Origin: Candidatus Campbellbacteria bacterium CG22_combo_CG10-13_8_21_14_all_36_13
Lineage (GTDB): Bacteria > Patescibacteriota > Minisyncoccia > Phycocordibacterales > PCTT01
Direction of reading: 5' to 3'
DNA: 35,788 nucleotides
NCBI GenBank assembly: GCA_002771585.1
Contig: PCTT01000027.1
Span: 1 to 35,788, forward strand
A program made the position numbers and the translations under genes. Each line of letters opens with the position of its first letter. The first letter of the stretch is position 1. The notes beneath the pieces were generated by a model. It was not told the origin of the DNA, ran no database searches, and saw nothing but the letters and a program-made list of their open reading frames with translations. Of this stretch, positions 17,599 through 29,512 are shown piece after piece.

Positions 17599-18480
17599 CT
17601 ACTCAATACCTCTTAATTTTGCAATTCTATCTTCTATTGGAGGGTGTGTCATAAATAATTTAGAAAACCCTTTTTTAACTTTTGGACCAAATGGGTTGGA
17701 GATAAAGAGATGTGCGGTTGCTTTATTTGCGTGTCTCATCTGACCCTTATATGAACCAAGCTTCTCCAGAGCACTTGCTAGACCTTCTGGATATCGTGTA
17801 AGAAGTGCTCCCGTGGCATCTGCTAAAAACTCACGTTTCCTGGATACCGCAAGTTGAATAATTTGAGAGAATATTGGAGAAAGGATGATCAGTACAATAC
17901 CCACAATCATCAACGCTCCTCCACCCTTGTTATTATCGCCACCACGCAATCCTCCATGAATCAAAATATCAGCTAAAATAGAAAGAAATCCAACCAAAAT
18001 AACAATAATAGTCATAAGAAGAATATCTCTATTACCTATGTGTGCAAGTTCATGAGCAATTACCCCATCAAGCTCATTTCTATCCATCATATCAAGTAAT
18101 CCACTAGATACTGCAATCGCAGCATGGTCTTTATCTCTACCTGTAGCAAAAGCATTGGGTGCAGGATCGGGAATAATGAAAACCTTTGGCATTGGTAGTC
18201 CTGCCGTAATAGAAAGATTTTCAACACTATTCCAAAGCTCTCTATGACTCTCTCTTGTTATTTGATGTCCCCTATACATCTTCAAGACTATTTTGTCTGA
18301 ATTGTAGTAGCTAAAAATATTCATTCCTACGCTAAATATAATTGCAAAAATGAAAATGCCTGGCGAATTAAAATAATAACTCACAAACCACCCAATACCC
18401 ACCACAACCACCAAAAACACGGACATTAGTAGCCATGTTTTTCGAACATTACTATCTTGATGAGTATAAAGATTAGTCAT
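17599..18480 (-). CDS. htpX: Zinc metalloprotease HtpX (M48)
   Basis: PNAFATGR, HELAH, SRKREFLADA and THPP motifs. Confidence 0.95.
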   Translation of the reverse strand: MTNLYTHQDSNVRKTWLLMSVFLVVVVGIGWFVSYYFNSPGIFIFAIIFSVGMNIFSYYNSDKIVLKMYRGHQITRESHRELWNSVENLSITAGLPMPKVFIIPDPAPNAFATGRDKDHAAIAVSSGLLDMMDRNELDGVIAHELAHIGNRDILLMTIIVILVGFLSILADILIHGGLRGGDNNKGGGALMIVGIVLIILSPIFSQIIQLAVSRKREFLADATGALLTRYPEGLASALEKLGSYKGQMRHANKATAHLFISNPFGPKVKKGFSKLFMTHPPIEDRIAKLRGIE

Positions 18481-18483
18481 TGT

Positions 18484-19041
18484 TTAGAATTTAACTTCTG
18501 TGTTTTCCTTTTGTTCACTTCCCGCCTCAAGCTCAAAAAACTCTTTCTTGGTAAAACCAAACATTCCAGCAAACACATTTGAAGGGAATGTTTCTACCGC
18601 AATATTGAGATCGCGGACATTGGTATTGTAAAACCTGCGTGATGCTTGAATTTTGTTTTCTGTATCAGAAAGCTCTCTTTGTAATTCAAGAAAGTTTTGG
18701 TTTGCTTTTAGCTCTGGATAAGCTTCTGATATAGCAAATATTGATTTAAGAGCTCCTGCAAGCATATTTTCAGCCTGTCCCTTCTCTGCTACAGACCCAG
18801 CACCCATTGCTTTTGCCCTTGCTTCTGAAACATTTTCAAATGCAGCACTCTCGTGTGTAGTATATCCCTTCACGGTATTTACCAAGTTTGGGATAAGGTC
18901 ATAACGTCTTTTCAACTGAACATCTATGTCTGCCCACGCTTCACTAGTGCGAGTTCTTAATCTTACTAATTTATTGTATATACCAACAGCAAAAAGTACC
19001 AAAAGTACAACTGCCCCCAAAATTATGTATGTTAAGTTCAT
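18484..19041 (-). CDS. lemA: LemA family protein
   Basis: AWADIDVQLKRRYDLIPNLV, EAYPELKANQNF and ENKI..SRRFYN motifs. Confidence 0.95.
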   Translation of the reverse strand: MNLTYIILGAVVLLVLFAVGIYNKLVRLRTRTSEAWADIDVQLKRRYDLIPNLVNTVKGYTTHESAAFENVSEARAKAMGAGSVAEKGQAENMLAGALKSIFAISEAYPELKANQNFLELQRELSDTENKIQASRRFYNTNVRDLNIAVETFPSNVFAGMFGFTKKEFFELEAGSEQKENTEVKF

Positions 19042-19118
19042 ATTAATGTTGTTAATTTTATAAATTGTCTTAGAAAGCCTTTAACAATAACATTATTATA
19101 TTGCTAAAATGCGAAAAT

Positions 19119-19152
19119 GAAAAGCCCGGCGCCTAGAGGCGCCGGGCTTTTC
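19119..19152 (-). terminator. Intrinsic terminator of groESL
   Basis: GAAAAGCCCGGCGCCT-AG-AGGCGCCGGGCTTTTC perfect GC-rich hairpin just after the groEL stop. Confidence 0.85.
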
Positions 19153-19184
19153 TATTTTACTATGTGACTAATTTTCTAATATGA

Positions 19185-20825
<1,641 letters not shown>

Positions 20826-20994
20826 TTAAAATTAAATTTTAATAAACTCTAAATCCTAATATCGAAATCCTAAACAATGTTTAAACCTGTCCATCCGGCA
20901 GGCGGGTTCAAATGTTCAAAATCTAAAACGTGTTTGATTATTTGAATTTTGGTTATTTGATATTGTTTCGAATTTCGTGCTTCGGATTTCAGAT

Positions 20995-21300
20995 TTAATT
21001 AACGACTCCCAATATATTCCCCTCACTCACCAAGTGATATTCTTCACCATCAATCACTATATCGTCTCCCCAACTAAAAAGGACAGACTGCCCTACTTTA
21101 ACTGATAGTGGCACTAATTTACCGTCAATATATTTCCCCTCACCAACGGCAATCACTTTGCCTTCTTTTGCCCCGCGGTCTTCCTTAACTGTTTCTGGAA
21201 TTATAATTCCACTTTTAGTCTTTTTTTCTGAGGTTTTAAGACTATTTTGTATCAACACCCTATCTCCTAAAGGTGTTATCTTTGTGTTTTTTGTCGCCAT
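20995..21300 (-). CDS. groS: Co-chaperonin GroES
   Basis: PLGDRVLI, TKSGIIIP and G.VIAVGEG motifs, upstream of groEL. Confidence 0.97.
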   Translation of the reverse strand: MATKNTKITPLGDRVLIQNSLKTSEKKTKSGIIIPETVKEDRGAKEGKVIAVGEGKYIDGKLVPLSVKVGQSVLFSWGDDIVIDGEEYHLVSEGNILGVVN

Positions 21301-21344
21301 AATTAATAAATAATTAAGCTTATAATGTAATATAAAGCGCTGAT

Positions 21345-21373
21345 ATTATAGATATACGATAAAAAAGTGTCAA
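21345..21373 (-). promoter_or_regulatory. Perfect sigma70 promoter for groES-groEL
   Basis: TTGACA (21373-21368), 17 nt, TATAAT (21350-21345) on the minus strand. Confidence 0.85.
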
Positions 21374-22386
21374 CGATTTTTTCTTTTTTCTACTATATTT
21401 TGTGGAGTGCCTTTTGAAAAAGCATTTATATTTTCCACAGTGGTCTCAAGTATACGCTCTATTGCCTCATTTGTGTTAAATGCATTATGCGGAGTAATAA
21501 TGACATTTGGATGATCTATTAGATAATGGTTCTCAAGCAATGTTTTTAACACAGTTTCGTTTGGATGAGATTCACCAAAAGCAAGCATGTGATCAAACAT
21601 TGGACCTTCTTCCTCTAGAACATCCAAACCCGCGCCAGCAATAATACCCTCCTTTAGTCCATACACAAGCGCATCTGTCTCTACTACAGCACCTCTTGAT
21701 GTATTTATGATATATGAACCTTTTTTGAAGTTCTTTATATTATCTTTATTTATTAAATGATGTGTGTGTGGATTATAAGGAACATGAAACGTCACAATGT
21801 CAGAAGACGCAAAAAGTTCTTCTAATTCAACATATTCAAATCCATATTCTTTTTTAAACTCTTCATCTTTATTTATATCAAAAGAAAGTATTTTCATTCC
21901 AAAACCGTGCGCCATCTTTATTACGTATCTACCAATATGCCCGGTGCCGACAACACCAATGGTCTTGCCCATTAGATCAAAACCTCTTAGCCCAACCTGA
22001 GAAAAAGACCCTTCACTTCTAACGCGATCATATGATTCATACATCTTTCTAGATAAATTCAGTATCAAAGCAAATGCAAGCTCTGCAACAGTATTTTCTC
22101 CATATGTAGGAATATTAGACACGATAATGCCACGCTTCTTTGCCTCATCAAGATCTATGTGGTCAAAACCAGTAGATCTGGTTGCGATAAATTTTAGGTT
22201 TGGCATCAAGTCCATCTCTTTCGCCCCAACATTAGACTTAACAAAAACAGACAAAACTTCTGCATCAGACTTCCACCCAGAGTGGTCATTCATTGGCTCT
22301 GGTAAAAATTCTATATTATTGTCTTTTAGATTTTTCTCTAAATAATCTTTTTCAACCAAGTCGTTATAAAAGCATGCAATTTTCAT
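21370..22386 (-). CDS. D-isomer-specific 2-hydroxyacid dehydrogenase (D-lactate dehydrogenase-like)
   Basis: RSTGFDHID, GVVGTGHIG Rossmann motif, INTSRG, LDVLEEE and TPHNAF. Confidence 0.92.
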   Translation of the reverse strand: MKIACFYNDLVEKDYLEKNLKDNNIEFLPEPMNDHSGWKSDAEVLSVFVKSNVGAKEMDLMPNLKFIATRSTGFDHIDLDEAKKRGIIVSNIPTYGENTVAELAFALILNLSRKMYESYDRVRSEGSFSQVGLRGFDLMGKTIGVVGTGHIGRYVIKMAHGFGMKILSFDINKDEEFKKEYGFEYVELEELFASSDIVTFHVPYNPHTHHLINKDNIKNFKKGSYIINTSRGAVVETDALVYGLKEGIIAGAGLDVLEEEGPMFDHMLAFGESHPNETVLKTLLENHYLIDHPNVIITPHNAFNTNEAIERILETTVENINAFSKGTPQNIVEKRKNR

Positions 22387-22621
22387 ATAAATAAGTTCGT
22401 AAAGTTTATAAAGTCAAAAGTCCCTAAAGTAAAAATTTTTCCATGTATCAAATAAATATTACGATATATCGTAATATTATAGAATTAGTAATTCTTAATT
22501 CTTAATTCTTAATTCTTAAACCAATTATATCAACAAAAGCCGATTTATACCAAAAACTCGTCCATTCTGTTTCAACTTTATGGGCTTTTAACTTTGTACT
22601 TTATAGACTTTATGGACTTTA

Positions 22622-22681
22622 CCTGTCTGCCGCCTGCCTGCCCTGCCTACCGGCAGGCAGGCGGCAGGCGGGACAGGCATG
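22622..22681. repeat. Triple-nested 20-nt CCTGCCT..CGGCAGGCAGG palindromic insertion
   Basis: Parses as three 20-mers inserted one inside another, within a GGACTTTAT tandem repeat. Confidence 0.8.
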
Positions 22682-22719
22682 TGGACTTTATGGACTACTT
22701 TTGCTATACTGTTTGTCAC

Positions 22720-22953
22720 ATGGAATTCTTGAAAGAGATATTGCCCTATGTGCAGCTAGCCCTTGGGTTTCTGGTCGTTGTAGGTGTTTTATTACAACAA
22801 TCAGACGCCTCAATCGGTTCAGTTTTTGGCGGAGGAAATGATGCCGGAGGTATAGCACACACAAGGAGGGGTGCAGAAAAAATAATATTTAATGGAACCG
22901 TTGTGGTTTCAATTCTTTTTGTGTTTTCAGTGATCTTTGGGTTATTAGCATAA
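22720..22953 (+). CDS. secG: Preprotein translocase subunit SecG
   Basis: Two TMs around VLLQQSDASIGSVFGG..TRRGAEK. The true start is taken as ATG 22720; the upstream ORF extension is repeat DNA. Confidence 0.92.
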   Translation: MEFLKEILPYVQLALGFLVVVGVLLQQSDASIGSVFGGGNDAGGIAHTRRGAEKIIFNGTVVVSILFVFSVIFGLLA

Positions 22954-22977
22954 CGCTCACTGTAACACCTTAATTTT

Positions 22978-24762
22978 GTGAACTTCTCAAAAGAAACATT
23001 TTTGAAGCGTTTTGAAATAAAAGGCGCAAATACATTAGAGGAAACTCTACACAAGATGACTATGGGAGAAAAAGTTTTGTTCTTTTTCTTTGTTTTTTTG
23101 CTTATGTTTTCTGTAATCTCAATGATGGGCAAAATAAACAAATATATTACAGCCGAGGTTCCAACAGAAGGAGGAGAAATGAATGAGGGTGTTATAGGTT
23201 TTCCAAGGTTTATTAACCCCCTACTTGTAAGTTCTGATGCAGACAGAGACCTAGTAGCACTTGTTTATTCTGGTCTAATGAAAGCAGATTCTTCTGGCAA
23301 TTTGATTCCTGATTTAGCGGAAAACTATTATGTATCAGATGATGGACTAGAATATAGATTCATTATAAAAAGCACTGCGCAATTCCACGATGGCACCCCT
23401 GTTACAGCAGATGACGTAATATTTACTATAAACAAAACCAGAGATCCTTTAATAAAAAGTACAAAACGTCCAAATTGGGAGGGTGTTAATGTTGAAAAAA
23501 TAAGCGACAAAGAAATACTTTTCACTCTTAAACATGCGTATTCACCATTTTTAGAAAACACAACAATAGGAATACTACCAAAACATATCTGGGGAAACAT
23601 AGACTCTGAACAATTTGCCTTTTCAAGTTTTAATATAGACGCAATAGGGTCTGGTCCATATATGATAGAAGCTGTAAAAAGAAATTCATCTGGAATACCA
23701 GAGTCTTACAAACTAAAAAGTTTTAAATATTATACTTTGGGCAAACCGCACATAACCAATATAACCTTAAATTTCTTTTCAAATGAAGATTCATTGATTA
23801 GTGCATTCAGAAGCGGAAAGATTAACGCAGTAAACGGCATATCAACAGACACAGCAAAAACATTGAGCAATAATGGTTACCGGGTTGAACAATCTCCGTT
23901 GCCAAGAATTTTTGGTGTATTTCTAAATCAAAATCAAGCAACTATATTTACAGACATAAGCGTAAGAAAAGCGCTTGCAACGGCTATAGACAGAAAATTG
24001 ATTATCAATGAAATACTTAATGGATACGGCACACCAATTACAAGCCCTATTCCAGGATATGCACTCAACCAATCTCTGGCCGGTGAAGGTGTTTATGTTA
24101 AAATTAATGATAATTCTATAAAGTCTGGACCAATACAAAAAGCAGAAGAAATACTAGAAAACGCCGGCTGGAAATTAAATGCAGACACAGGTATAAGAGA
24201 GAAAAAAATAAAAGGCGGTAGCCAAGAGTTAGTTTTCACCGTTGCAACATCAAACGCTGCAGAGCTCAAGGCCGTAGCAGAAATGATTAAGCGTTCGTGG
24301 GAATCTATTGGGGCAAAAGTAAATATAGAGCTATATGAAATTGGAACCCTAAATCAAGAGGTTATAAGACCAAGAAAATATGATGCTCTGCTTTTTGGAG
24401 AAATAATTGGTAGAGAGATGGATTTGTTTGCGTTTTGGCATTCTTCCCAAAGAAATGATCCTGGATTAAATGTGGCGCTTTATGCAAACATAACCGCAGA
24501 CAAGATGTTGGAAAAGATAAGATTGACTGATGATAAGGAGACAAGAGCAGAAAGTTTTGAAATATTTGAAGAAGAAATACAAAAAGACATACCTGCAATA
24601 TTTTTGTATTCACCAGATTTTATATACGCAATACCAAAACACATAAAAGGAGTTATGCTTGGAACAATAACAACTCCTTCTGAGAGATTTCTTGAGGTGC
24701 ATAATTGGTATATAAACACAGAGCGTGTGTGGAAATTTCTAACAAAAGATAACTCTCTGTAA
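22978..24762 (+). CDS. Peptide ABC transporter substrate-binding protein (family 5), membrane anchored
   Basis: LVYSGL, PDLAE, FHDGTPVTADDVIFT and IGSGPY motifs. Confidence 0.92.
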   Translation: MNFSKETFLKRFEIKGANTLEETLHKMTMGEKVLFFFFVFLLMFSVISMMGKINKYITAEVPTEGGEMNEGVIGFPRFINPLLVSSDADRDLVALVYSGLMKADSSGNLIPDLAENYYVSDDGLEYRFIIKSTAQFHDGTPVTADDVIFTINKTRDPLIKSTKRPNWEGVNVEKISDKEILFTLKHAYSPFLENTTIGILPKHIWGNIDSEQFAFSSFNIDAIGSGPYMIEAVKRNSSGIPESYKLKSFKYYTLGKPHITNITLNFFSNEDSLISAFRSGKINAVNGISTDTAKTLSNNGYRVEQSPLPRIFGVFLNQNQATIFTDISVRKALATAIDRKLIINEILNGYGTPITSPIPGYALNQSLAGEGVYVKINDNSIKSGPIQKAEEILENAGWKLNADTGIREKKIKGGSQELVFTVATSNAAELKAVAEMIKRSWESIGAKVNIELYEIGTLNQEVIRPRKYDALLFGEIIGREMDLFAFWHSSQRNDPGLNVALYANITADKMLEKIRLTDDKETRAESFEIFEEEIQKDIPAIFLYSPDFIYAIPKHIKGVMLGTITTPSERFLEVHNWYINTERVWKFLTKDNSL

Positions 24763-24900
24763 AAAACAAAATTAATTAAAAAACATATAAACCTAAAAAT
24801 ATTACAACATTGCTAATAAAACACGAAAGTCTAATAAAAAACCACTTTCGTAATAAAAAAGCTTTTTGTAATAAAAATTAATAATTACAAATAAACAATC

Positions 24901-26883
24901 ATGGTAGTAAATAAAAAAACCTCCTCCTTTTCTAGTTCAAATAATCAAAACCACAGAAGAAGGCGCAGACCTGTAATACAAACATATATGAGTGATTCTA
25001 TAAAAAAACCAGAATCTAGAGTTGATTCTTTCAAATCAACAGCGCCAACACAACAGATAAAAAAGGTTGGTTCTGTTTCTAGACGAGGTAATACAAAAAA
25101 CAAAACACACAGCAATTCATCCAAAAGAAAAACAAATACAAGAACTGTTCAAAAGCGAAACGGTGAGCAGGTTAATAAAAAAAGGGAAATACCGATTCAT
25201 CCAGCTGGTGACAATATAAGAATCATACCTCTCGGCGGTGTAGAGGAAATTGGTAAAAATATGTACATAATGGAGTACCAAGATGACATAATCGTAATGG
25301 ACTGTGGTTTTGCATTCAAGAGTGAGGAGACACCGGGAGTAGACTACATACTGCCAAACACCGAATACCTAGAGAAAAGAAAAGAAAAAATAAAAGGTGT
25401 AATAATTACACACGGACACCTAGACCACATAGGAGGCCTTCCCTATGTGATGCACAGAATTGGTAATCCTCCTGTTTACTCTAGAAATCTCACCACAATA
25501 ATGATACAGAAAAAGTATGAGGAATTTAAAGATCTGGAACCCCTAGACCTAAGGGTCGTCGAAAATGATAGCCGTATAAGTCTAGGAAAACTTAAAGTAA
25601 AATTCTTTGGTGTTACACACACAATACCAGATTCTATGGGTGTAATAATAGAAACCCCTTTTGGAAGCATAGTAAACCCAGGAGATTTTAAATTATCACA
25701 CGTAGACGGCAAACCAATTGATGAAGAGGAAGATGCTTACAAAGTATTTGATACTGAAAAAGTATTGTTCTTAATGAGCGACTCTACAAACGTAGAAAAC
25801 CCAGGATTTTCTACACCAGAACACGTTGTAAAAGAAGGTCTAGATAAAGTAATAAAAGAAACCAAAACACGACTAATTATTGGCACCTTCGCGTCTCAAA
25901 TGGAACGAATGATAGGTATTATAAATTCGATAGAAAAATACAACAAAAAACTTGCTGTGGAAGGAAGGAGTATGAAAATCAATATAGAGATAGCAAAACT
26001 GGCCGGTATACTTTCTATGAAACCAGACACACTAATTCCATCAGAAGACATAGAGAAATATCCACCAGACAGAGTTGTAGTACTTGCCACTGGCGCACAA
26101 GGTGAAGAATTTGCAGCTCTTATGCGAATGGCAAGCAAAAATCACAAGTATATAAAAATGAGTGAGAGAGATACGGTTTTACTTTCCTCGTCTGTAATAC
26201 CAGGAAACGAGAATTCTGTACAAAAACTAAAAGACAACATAGCACGCAACGGCGCAAAAATAATTCATTATAGAACTTCAGAAATATTCATACACGGAAG
26301 TGGTCATGGCAACAGAGAAGAAATCAAATGGCTACATAAAAAAATAAAACCAAAATTCTTTATGCCAATCCACGGAACACATTATATGCTACGAATGCAT
26401 GCACAATTGGCAGAAGAGCTGGGTATGCCAAAAGAAAACATCGTGGTGCCAGACAATGGAACCATAGTAGAAATTCAAGACGGCGGTAATAAGCTAGTAA
26501 GACTTGATCTCCAGGCTCCGTCAGACATAGTTGCTGTAGATGGTTTCTCTATTGGAAACATGCAAGATGTTGTTATAAGAGATAGACAGCTATTGTCTGA
26601 GGATGGAATATTCATCATAGTTGTTGCACTAAATACAAGAACTGGAAAACTAAGAAAATCTCCAGATATTATCTCTCGAGGTTTTGTTTATCTACGAGAA
26701 TCACAAAACTTATTACAAGAATCGAGGGTGTTGATAAAGAAAACAGTAGAAGATGCAACAAGATCAATGAATCCTGTCAACTTTGATATCATAAAAGCAG
26801 AAATTACTGACCAAGTGAGAAAATTCTTATTACAAAAAACAGACAAGAAGCCTGTCGTAATTCCTGTTATACTGGGGATATAA
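24901..26883 (+). CDS. rnj: Ribonuclease J with basic N-terminal extension
   Basis: PLGGVEEIGKN, THGHLDHIG, SDSTN, TGAQGE, H.SGH and PIHG motifs. Confidence 0.96.
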   Translation: MVVNKKTSSFSSSNNQNHRRRRRPVIQTYMSDSIKKPESRVDSFKSTAPTQQIKKVGSVSRRGNTKNKTHSNSSKRKTNTRTVQKRNGEQVNKKREIPIHPAGDNIRIIPLGGVEEIGKNMYIMEYQDDIIVMDCGFAFKSEETPGVDYILPNTEYLEKRKEKIKGVIITHGHLDHIGGLPYVMHRIGNPPVYSRNLTTIMIQKKYEEFKDLEPLDLRVVENDSRISLGKLKVKFFGVTHTIPDSMGVIIETPFGSIVNPGDFKLSHVDGKPIDEEEDAYKVFDTEKVLFLMSDSTNVENPGFSTPEHVVKEGLDKVIKETKTRLIIGTFASQMERMIGIINSIEKYNKKLAVEGRSMKINIEIAKLAGILSMKPDTLIPSEDIEKYPPDRVVVLATGAQGEEFAALMRMASKNHKYIKMSERDTVLLSSSVIPGNENSVQKLKDNIARNGAKIIHYRTSEIFIHGSGHGNREEIKWLHKKIKPKFFMPIHGTHYMLRMHAQLAEELGMPKENIVVPDNGTIVEIQDGGNKLVRLDLQAPSDIVAVDGFSIGNMQDVVIRDRQLLSEDGIFIIVVALNTRTGKLRKSPDIISRGFVYLRESQNLLQESRVLIKKTVEDATRSMNPVNFDIIKAEITDQVRKFLLQKTDKKPVVIPVILGI

Positions 26884-27107
26884 CTTAAGGTATAGGGTTT
26901 AGGGTATAGGACGCTATGAATTTTCAATTTTCAAACAATTTCCAATGAAATAATTTTTAATGTAGTTTAAGATTTAGATATTTGTTCGCCGGCTGGCGAA
27001 TTTGATATTGTTTAGGGTTTCGTGCTTCGGATTTCGAATTTCGTTGATATTCCTAATTCATAATTCTAAACAAAATATTCTTAATTCTTAATTCATAATT
27101 CAGAACA

Positions 27108-28277
27108 ATGGATAGTTATTCTAATATTAAAAAAACAATACGGTGGATATATACATCAAACTTTTTTCTTGTTTTTGTGTATGGAATACCTCTATTCATA
27201 GGGTCCTCTTATCTTGCAACATTTACTGATGATAAAACTGTCGGACTTATATACACAATAGCATCAATAATAACCATCTTTGCATTATTTGGTGTCCTTA
27301 AAATACTTCCAATAATTGGCAACTACAAGACAACCCTTGGTCTGTTGTTTTTGGAGGCTATATCAATCTGTATTCTGGCTCTATCTGGTAATTTTGCATG
27401 GATATTACCTGCATTTATAGTTCACTTTATACTCACCACTGTTTTATCTTTTAATATAGACATATTTCTAGAAAACTATACAAAAGACTCAACAACCGGT
27501 GATGTTAGAGGATTTACGTATGCTTTTGCAAGCATCGCCTGGCTACTTGCACCATTGATTGCCGGATTTGTTCTTGGTCAAACAGAATTATATTGGAAAG
27601 TGTTTGCGGTCGCACTTTTATTTACAATACCTTTTGGGCTGATTATCGCCGTAGCGATGAAAGATTTTAGAGATCCAGTTTACAGAGCAGGAGCTTTTAC
27701 AAAAGATATAAGAAATGTTTTAAAAAATAAAGATGAAAGAAATATATTTTTCTCTGGATTTCTTCTAAAAATATTTTTTGCATGGATGGCAATATATACA
27801 CCAATATATTTGCACAAATATATTGGTTTTAATTTCGAACAAATAGGAATAATTTTTACAGTTATGATGGTGCCGTATATATTACTAGAATGGCCAATAG
27901 GAAGGTTGGAGGATAAGTATTATGGAGAAAAAGAGATATTAATTAGCGGTTTTTTTATAATAGCGATTTCTACTGTATTCTTGTTTTTAATAACAATACC
28001 AAACTTAATAATATGGTCAATTACTCTACTATTAACAAGAGTTGGTGCTGCATTGGTAGAAATATCAACAGAAACATATTTCTTTAAAAAAGTCTCAAGC
28101 TCAGATACAGATGATATAAGTTTCTGGAGAATGCTTGCACCATTTGGCTATGTAGTAGCGCCACTATTTGCATACTTATTTATAACTTTCTTTGGTATGA
28201 AATACATATTCCTATGCATGGGGATATTCATGTTGCTTGGTATGATTTCATCATCAAAAATAAAAGACACTCTATAG
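27108..28277 (+). CDS. MFS transporter
   Basis: About 12 TM segments and a GRLEDKYYGEK motif-A-like loop. Confidence 0.85.
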   Translation: MDSYSNIKKTIRWIYTSNFFLVFVYGIPLFIGSSYLATFTDDKTVGLIYTIASIITIFALFGVLKILPIIGNYKTTLGLLFLEAISICILALSGNFAWILPAFIVHFILTTVLSFNIDIFLENYTKDSTTGDVRGFTYAFASIAWLLAPLIAGFVLGQTELYWKVFAVALLFTIPFGLIIAVAMKDFRDPVYRAGAFTKDIRNVLKNKDERNIFFSGFLLKIFFAWMAIYTPIYLHKYIGFNFEQIGIIFTVMMVPYILLEWPIGRLEDKYYGEKEILISGFFIIAISTVFLFLITIPNLIIWSITLLLTRVGAALVEISTETYFFKKVSSSDTDDISFWRMLAPFGYVVAPLFAYLFITFFGMKYIFLCMGIFMLLGMISSSKIKDTL

Positions 28278-28290
28278 AGTGTCTTTTATT
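28259..28290. terminator. Bidirectional terminator
   Basis: AATAAAAGACACTCTA/TAGAGTGTCTTTTATT perfect palindrome between convergent genes. Confidence 0.7.
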
Positions 28291-28308
28291 TTAATTTTTT
28301 ATATTAAC

Positions 28309-29244
28309 CTAATTACTTATGTCTTCTTTTATTGATTTAAAGGCGCTTTGTACTGCACCGATCATATAGTCTCCAATATTCTTGTCTGTGTTTCTTTTTG
28401 CAAATTCTTTTGGTGCATTTCTTAGAAATTCACCAGCTTTCATGTATCCATAAAATGATGTTGCGATAGCGTCTCTCGCAGCCATTTCTGTATGTTGTAG
28501 AGAATCAAATACAGTATTAAACCAGCCATCAGAATCTGTTTTTTGATATAGTGCCATAGCAACATTTTCTGTCTCAAATATAAAAGATTCATATGCAACA
28601 GAAGAAACATCTTTTATATATGCCCAAGCACCAGTTTCTCTAGCTATATAAGGTCCAAATACAATCATAAGAGCAACTAAAAGTGCGCCCGCCTTACTTG
28701 TGACAACAGAAATATCCCATGGTTTTTCTATATCCTGAACAGAAACATGCACCAACTCCTCCTGTGTGTTTGGTATTTTTTCTTCAACCTCTTCTTGTTC
28801 TTCTTGTTCTTTTTGCTGGTCTTCATCAGGTAAGTCCTCCTCAACTCGAGCATCAGACTCGGTGGGAGTTGGATTTACTTCTTCTGATGGGACTTCTTGT
28901 TCTTGTACTTTCTCGGGTTCCACCTCTTGAGATTCACCATCAACAGCAACCTCCAAAACGCCCTCTGCAATTCCAACAGGAGCAATTACCGGGGATTCCT
29001 TTGGTGTTGATTCTACGTTAATCTTGGACAATTTATTTATGGCATTCTTTTTTCTATCACTTTCTATTGTATATTCTTTTAGTTCTCCTTCCTCAACAAA
29101 ACGAATCCTGCCAATCTTTTTTGATCGAACTTTGCCTTCTCTGGCTATTTGGCCAATATAGTCACTGGTATAGCCAGTTATTTCTGCAGCTTTTTTTGCA
29201 GATATATACCTATTCCCCTCTACAAATATGTAGTCATCTTCCAT
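28309..29244 (-). CDS. Hypothetical protein: N-terminal excisionase-like HTH, acidic linker, TM helix
   Basis: YISAKKAAEITGYTSDYIGQIAREGKV..KIGR.RFV, an E/P/Q-rich linker and ALLVALMIVFG. Confidence 0.65.
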   Translation of the reverse strand: MEDDYIFVEGNRYISAKKAAEITGYTSDYIGQIAREGKVRSKKIGRIRFVEEGELKEYTIESDRKKNAINKLSKINVESTPKESPVIAPVGIAEGVLEVAVDGESQEVEPEKVQEQEVPSEEVNPTPTESDARVEEDLPDEDQQKEQEEQEEVEEKIPNTQEELVHVSVQDIEKPWDISVVTSKAGALLVALMIVFGPYIARETGAWAYIKDVSSVAYESFIFETENVAMALYQKTDSDGWFNTVFDSLQHTEMAARDAIATSFYGYMKAGEFLRNAPKEFAKRNTDKNIGDYMIGAVQSAFKSIKEDISN

Positions 29245-29512
29245 ATATAGATATATTGTATGTTAAAAAGCATATTTTTCCATTACATCTGTGTGGATAA
29301 CGAGCCGAGATATGCTTTAGTTTCAAGGACTTAAGAGCTTAACAGTCTGTAGTCAGAAGTCAGTAGTATACGAATTTTCAATTTACAATTTTCAATGTCC
29401 TAATTTTCAAACGTCGTTTTTGAATTTAGATATTCGAGTTTTGATATTGTTTCGGATTTAGTGCTTCGTATATCGGATTTCATTTATATTCTTAATTCCT
29501 AATTCATAATTC

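Noticed and set aside
17297..17743. ORFs 17297-17521 and 17306-17743
   Set aside because: They overlap tRNA-Ser, and 17306-17743 also overlaps htpX; spurious.
21310..21343. CIRCE operator upstream of groES
   Set aside because: Only a weak left half (TCAGCGCTT); there is no GAGTGCTAA arm at 9-nt spacing.
22390..22700. CRISPR array
   Set aside because: The repeats are 7-20 nt, tandem or nested, without unique regular spacers. No cas genes are in the window.
29292..29300. Replication origin, suggested by DnaA boxes
   Set aside because: Only isolated intergenic boxes (12733 and 29292), with no cluster and no dnaA/dnaN.
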